NCBI RefSeq assembly: GCF_037042905.1
Contig: NC_087250.1
Location: 9,736,001 to 9,800,000, forward strand
Reading direction: 5' to 3'
Source of the DNA: Lytechinus pictus
Taxonomy: Eukaryota
Length of the DNA: 64,000 bases
Positions 62,001-64,000 of the stretch are shown one piece after another (the first letter of the stretch is position 1; each line of letters begins with the position of its first letter). Made by a program: the position numbers and the translations under genes. Under the pieces are notes generated by a model. The model was not told the DNA's origin and made no database searches. It saw nothing but the letters and a program-made list of their open reading frames with translations.

Positions 62001-63284
62001 GCAACTAAGATACGCGCCTCCATATAGACCTACCCACAACTGATATCTAGACATTAAAAAGGTGGGTCTTTAGCAAGGTCTCAAGGGAGTTGGAACTATG
62101 GATACGTGATTGTAATTTATTCCACTGGATTAGAACAAAAACGGAGAAGGCTCGATCACCATAACTGGTATTTGTACGTGGTCCTAAAGTTAGCTGCAAG
62201 GTTTTTGCAGAACGAAGTGGTCTGAGTGAGCTAGAAGAGCGGAGAGAGATGAGGTTAGAGAGATATTCAGGAGCTAGGCCATTGATTATTTTATACGTCA
62301 AAAGAAGATCTTTGAAAACGATGCGCTGGAAGCCAATAAAATGATTTCAGAATATGTGTGATATGTTCAGATTTTCTTGAAAGAGTAACAAGCCTTGCAG
62401 CAGTATTTTTCATTCTTTCGAGTGGGCGTTAATGTGAGAGTGGGAAACCAGAGCGAGCAGAATTGCAGTAATCAAGGTGGAAAGATACAAAAGCATGTGC
62501 TAGTTTAGCAGTTATGGTCATGGTGGTCGGGTCGAGTAGCTTCCTCATTTTTCCACAATTGGAAAATCAAATCCATGTAGCAACGTACCGTATTGAATTT
62601 GACCAGTAACAGAGCCACCATTGGGGTCGTTACATGTGTCAAAATGGCTTATCAATCCTTTTCATTTGCTCTTTATATCGTAAGTTTCCTGTATTGCAGA
62701 ACATGGATCGATGTCTTTTCGCTTTGTTTTCCAGGGGTCCGTTGCAGAAAGAGTTGCGTTTATTAAAACGCAAGTAAAAAAATCAATCGCAAGTCCTAAA
62801 TGCACGATGTTGATTGGTTGAAAATCAAGTTGCGCAAGATTTTTAGAGTTGCGATTGATTGCAACTCTTTCTGCAACGGGCCCCTGATTGACTATTAGTA
62901 AATGTACATAATCTTTTTAAGCAAGACAGGCGCCCTTTTTAAGAGGTTGATAGTCCAGACAAATCCAAGGCTACCTTTACAAAATATGAAATAGGACACT
63001 TATTTTGACAATCAAAGCTTTACAGGTTTCAACATCGACACGGTAGCGAATTGGAGCGCAAAGAAAAGGGTTTTTGGGGCGGTCATCGTCTTCCCTTGCT
63101 GCTCTCACACTTGAACATTCTTTATTTCGAAACCTACTATCGGTTTTTTCATCCACATTCTGGTCGTTTTTATACATACCGACTGCACATGTTGGTCCTT
63201 GAAACCTGGCTGAACAGGAGCAGGTGAAACCTTCCAGTGTTTCCGTGCATGTTCCTCCATTAAGACATGGGTTGGGTAAACAGT
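46208..63284 (-). CDS. EGF + C-type lectin protein, paralog C (5' exons lie outside the window); exons 63284-63180, 51814-51627, 46435-46208
   Basis: Three intact exons with conserved splice sites; last exon reads ...[41 protein letters not shown]; introns much longer than in A/B. Confidence 0.85.
46720..47457. mobile_element. MITE containing a nested MITE at ~46987-47413
   Basis: Outer ggcccgtattctgaa...ttcagaatacgggcc; inner cccc.tcacacttatt..gaatca...tgattcggaataagtgtgatgggg flanked by TTA (Harbinger-like). Confidence 0.8.
48223..48659. mobile_element. hAT-type MITE
   Basis: 8-bp TSD ctttgatt; TIR ca..ggcgtaaatcc / ggatttacgcc..tg. Confidence 0.85.
49715..50534. mobile_element. Tc1/mariner-type non-autonomous element with very long TIRs
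   Basis: ta|cagtgc.tccca...aaacgaaaccgagattta ... taaatctcggtttcgttt...tggga.gcactg|ta. Confidence 0.85.
50646..50759. mobile_element. Palindromic hAT-type MITE
   Basis: 8-bp TSD aatagcat; cag.ggcggaccgtgac...gtcacggtccgcc.ctg. Confidence 0.9.
51627..51814 (-). CDS. Paralog C C-type lectin exon 1
   Basis: 188 nt; [17 protein letters not shown] versus [17 protein letters not shown] in A/B. Confidence 0.92.
52408..52463. repeat. (AAT)n microsatellite (distal part of the SINE tail)
   Basis: Read directly. Confidence 0.95.
52464..52975 (+). mobile_element. 5'-truncated R4/Dong-type non-LTR retrotransposon (restriction-like endonuclease C-terminus plus 3'UTR only)
   Basis: ORF to 52851: [10 protein letters not shown]...RRPDIV...IIDIAIPGD...[10 protein letters not shown]...[10 protein letters not shown]...[16 protein letters not shown] (PD..D..K REL motif); (AAT)n on both sides. 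Confidence 0.88.
52976..53029. repeat. (AAT)18 microsatellite between the two R4-type elements
   Basis: Read directly. Confidence 0.95.
53030..55759 (+). pseudogene. R4-type ORF, N-terminal part (duplicated N-terminal domain, D/N-rich spacer, pre-RT region)
   Basis: Open frame from the (AAT)n junction to TGA 55757-55759; P.WK.RL and QNKLF..N.K.FF motifs; breaks just before the RT. Confidence 0.8.
55738..56807 (+). pseudogene. R4-type reverse transcriptase domain
   Basis: Frame open from ~55738 (LLKIINDII...GRTYLLYK...[16 protein letters not shown]) through YMDD to FGIVNWR. Confidence 0.9.
56808..58058 (+). mobile_element. 5'-truncated L1/Tx1-type LINE (ORF2 C-terminus with zf-RVT-like zinc knuckle) nested in the R4-type element
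   Basis: TSD AACTGGAGACT at 56797-56807 and 58059-58069; AATAAA at 58008; poly(A) 58038-58060; [25 protein letters not shown]...H.FFSC; markedly more AT-rich than the host element; TT|AA target. Confidence 0.9.
58059..59180 (+). pseudogene. R4-type ORF, C-terminal part (thumb, CCHC, REL endonuclease)
   Basis: Resumes at NWRLAD after the TSD; open to TAG at 59178-59180. Confidence 0.9.
59278..59583 (-). mobile_element. tRNA-derived SINE whose tail hosts the R4-type elements
   Basis: Minus strand tggagcgttgtggcccagtgg (A box) ... ggttcgaatcc (B box) ... caggtgaggtgaatgg core ... aagaactgtttattattatt; TGTATAA duplicated at 52403-52409 and 59589-59595. Confidence 0.88.
63180..63284 (-). CDS. 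Paralog C EGF exon
   Basis: 105 nt; one synonymous change versus A/B (ACA/ACG). Confidence 0.92.
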
Positions 63285-64000
63285 CTGAGATCGAGAATTT
63301 GACGTGACACGACAAATTGAAGTAGATGGGAAAGTGAGTTAGCAGGGCATATAGAAACGGAGAAAAGAGACAAAGGCAGAAACGGGGAGACATAAAAAGA
63401 CAGAAGGGATGGTTTGGGAAATAAAAGTGATATTGCCATCTTTATCGTCAGAGGAACAATTGTATTCAAAACCTGTTATTTTACTCTCAAAACACTCGAC
63501 GAGCGGATCCAGGGGGGCACATTCGGCCCGTGCCACCCCCTTTTAGGAGGCATCAGTATTTTTTGTTTTGGTCATTCATAGACGTGAGGACTTATTTTTT
63601 TATTTTATTTATTTTTTTGGCTTGTCAAATTGTTCATGGAACAAAATGACATTTCTTTGATATTGAAGACCTTTTTTTGAATGTCATTTTTTTCTACATC
63701 AAATAACCTCGAATTGGTAGTGAGTTATTTTTTTTCCAACATTTTCCTATAAATACGTGCCTCCCCCTCCCCATTAGAAAATCCTGGATTCACCCAAGCT
63801 CGATACAATCCACACCCTTGTAGTACAAACTAGACAATGCTTTTTTTTCCATGGCGTGAAATTGGTAGTTTCATTAGTATGTGGGCGATTCCATGCTAGA
63901 AAAATCAGCAATTTTCTCAACATTTTTCAACCTGCTGTCCAGACGAACGAAGAACTTCAATTTGCTTTGTGGTAATATTGAAGGACTACTGGGTAGACAT

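Larger units (their letters stand above)
37687..64000. repeat. Tandem segmental duplication unit, copy C (expanded; incomplete at window end)
   Basis: Colinear with A/B apart from extra sequence at 46564-51252 and 52410-59588 and a local duplication around 59883-60948; ends at the equivalent of position ~13139 of copy A. Confidence 0.93.

Overview
Eukaryotic, AT-rich, repeat-dense genomic DNA; the SINE/MITE repertoire and an echinoidin-like lectin suggest a sea urchin or other echinoderm (inference). Almost the whole window is a head-to-tail array of a ~19-kb unit: copy A 17-18730, copy B 18731-37686, and an expanded copy C from 37687 running off the right end. Each unit carries one spliced minus-strand gene for a small secreted protein (signal peptide, a ~45-aa unassigned segment, one EGF domain, one C-type lectin domain; 247 aa, or 262 aa with an optional 45-nt exon), assembled here by hand from GT-AG sites and exon phases. 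Copies A and B are nearly identical by eye, yet the amino-acid changes among paralogs cluster in the ligand-binding end of the lectin domain ([14 protein letters not shown] / [14 protein letters not shown] / [14 protein letters not shown]), which points to a young, diversifying recognition-protein family. Copy C also holds a nested retrotransposon stack in one intron. A tRNA-SINE supplied an (AAT)n tail, two different R4/Dong-type non-LTR elements inserted into that tail, and a 5'-truncated L1/Tx1-type element then landed in frame inside the larger element's RT ORF. The rest is SINEs, an L2-type LINE fragment, many MITEs and minisatellites. All identities and counts were made by eye; no database searches were run.
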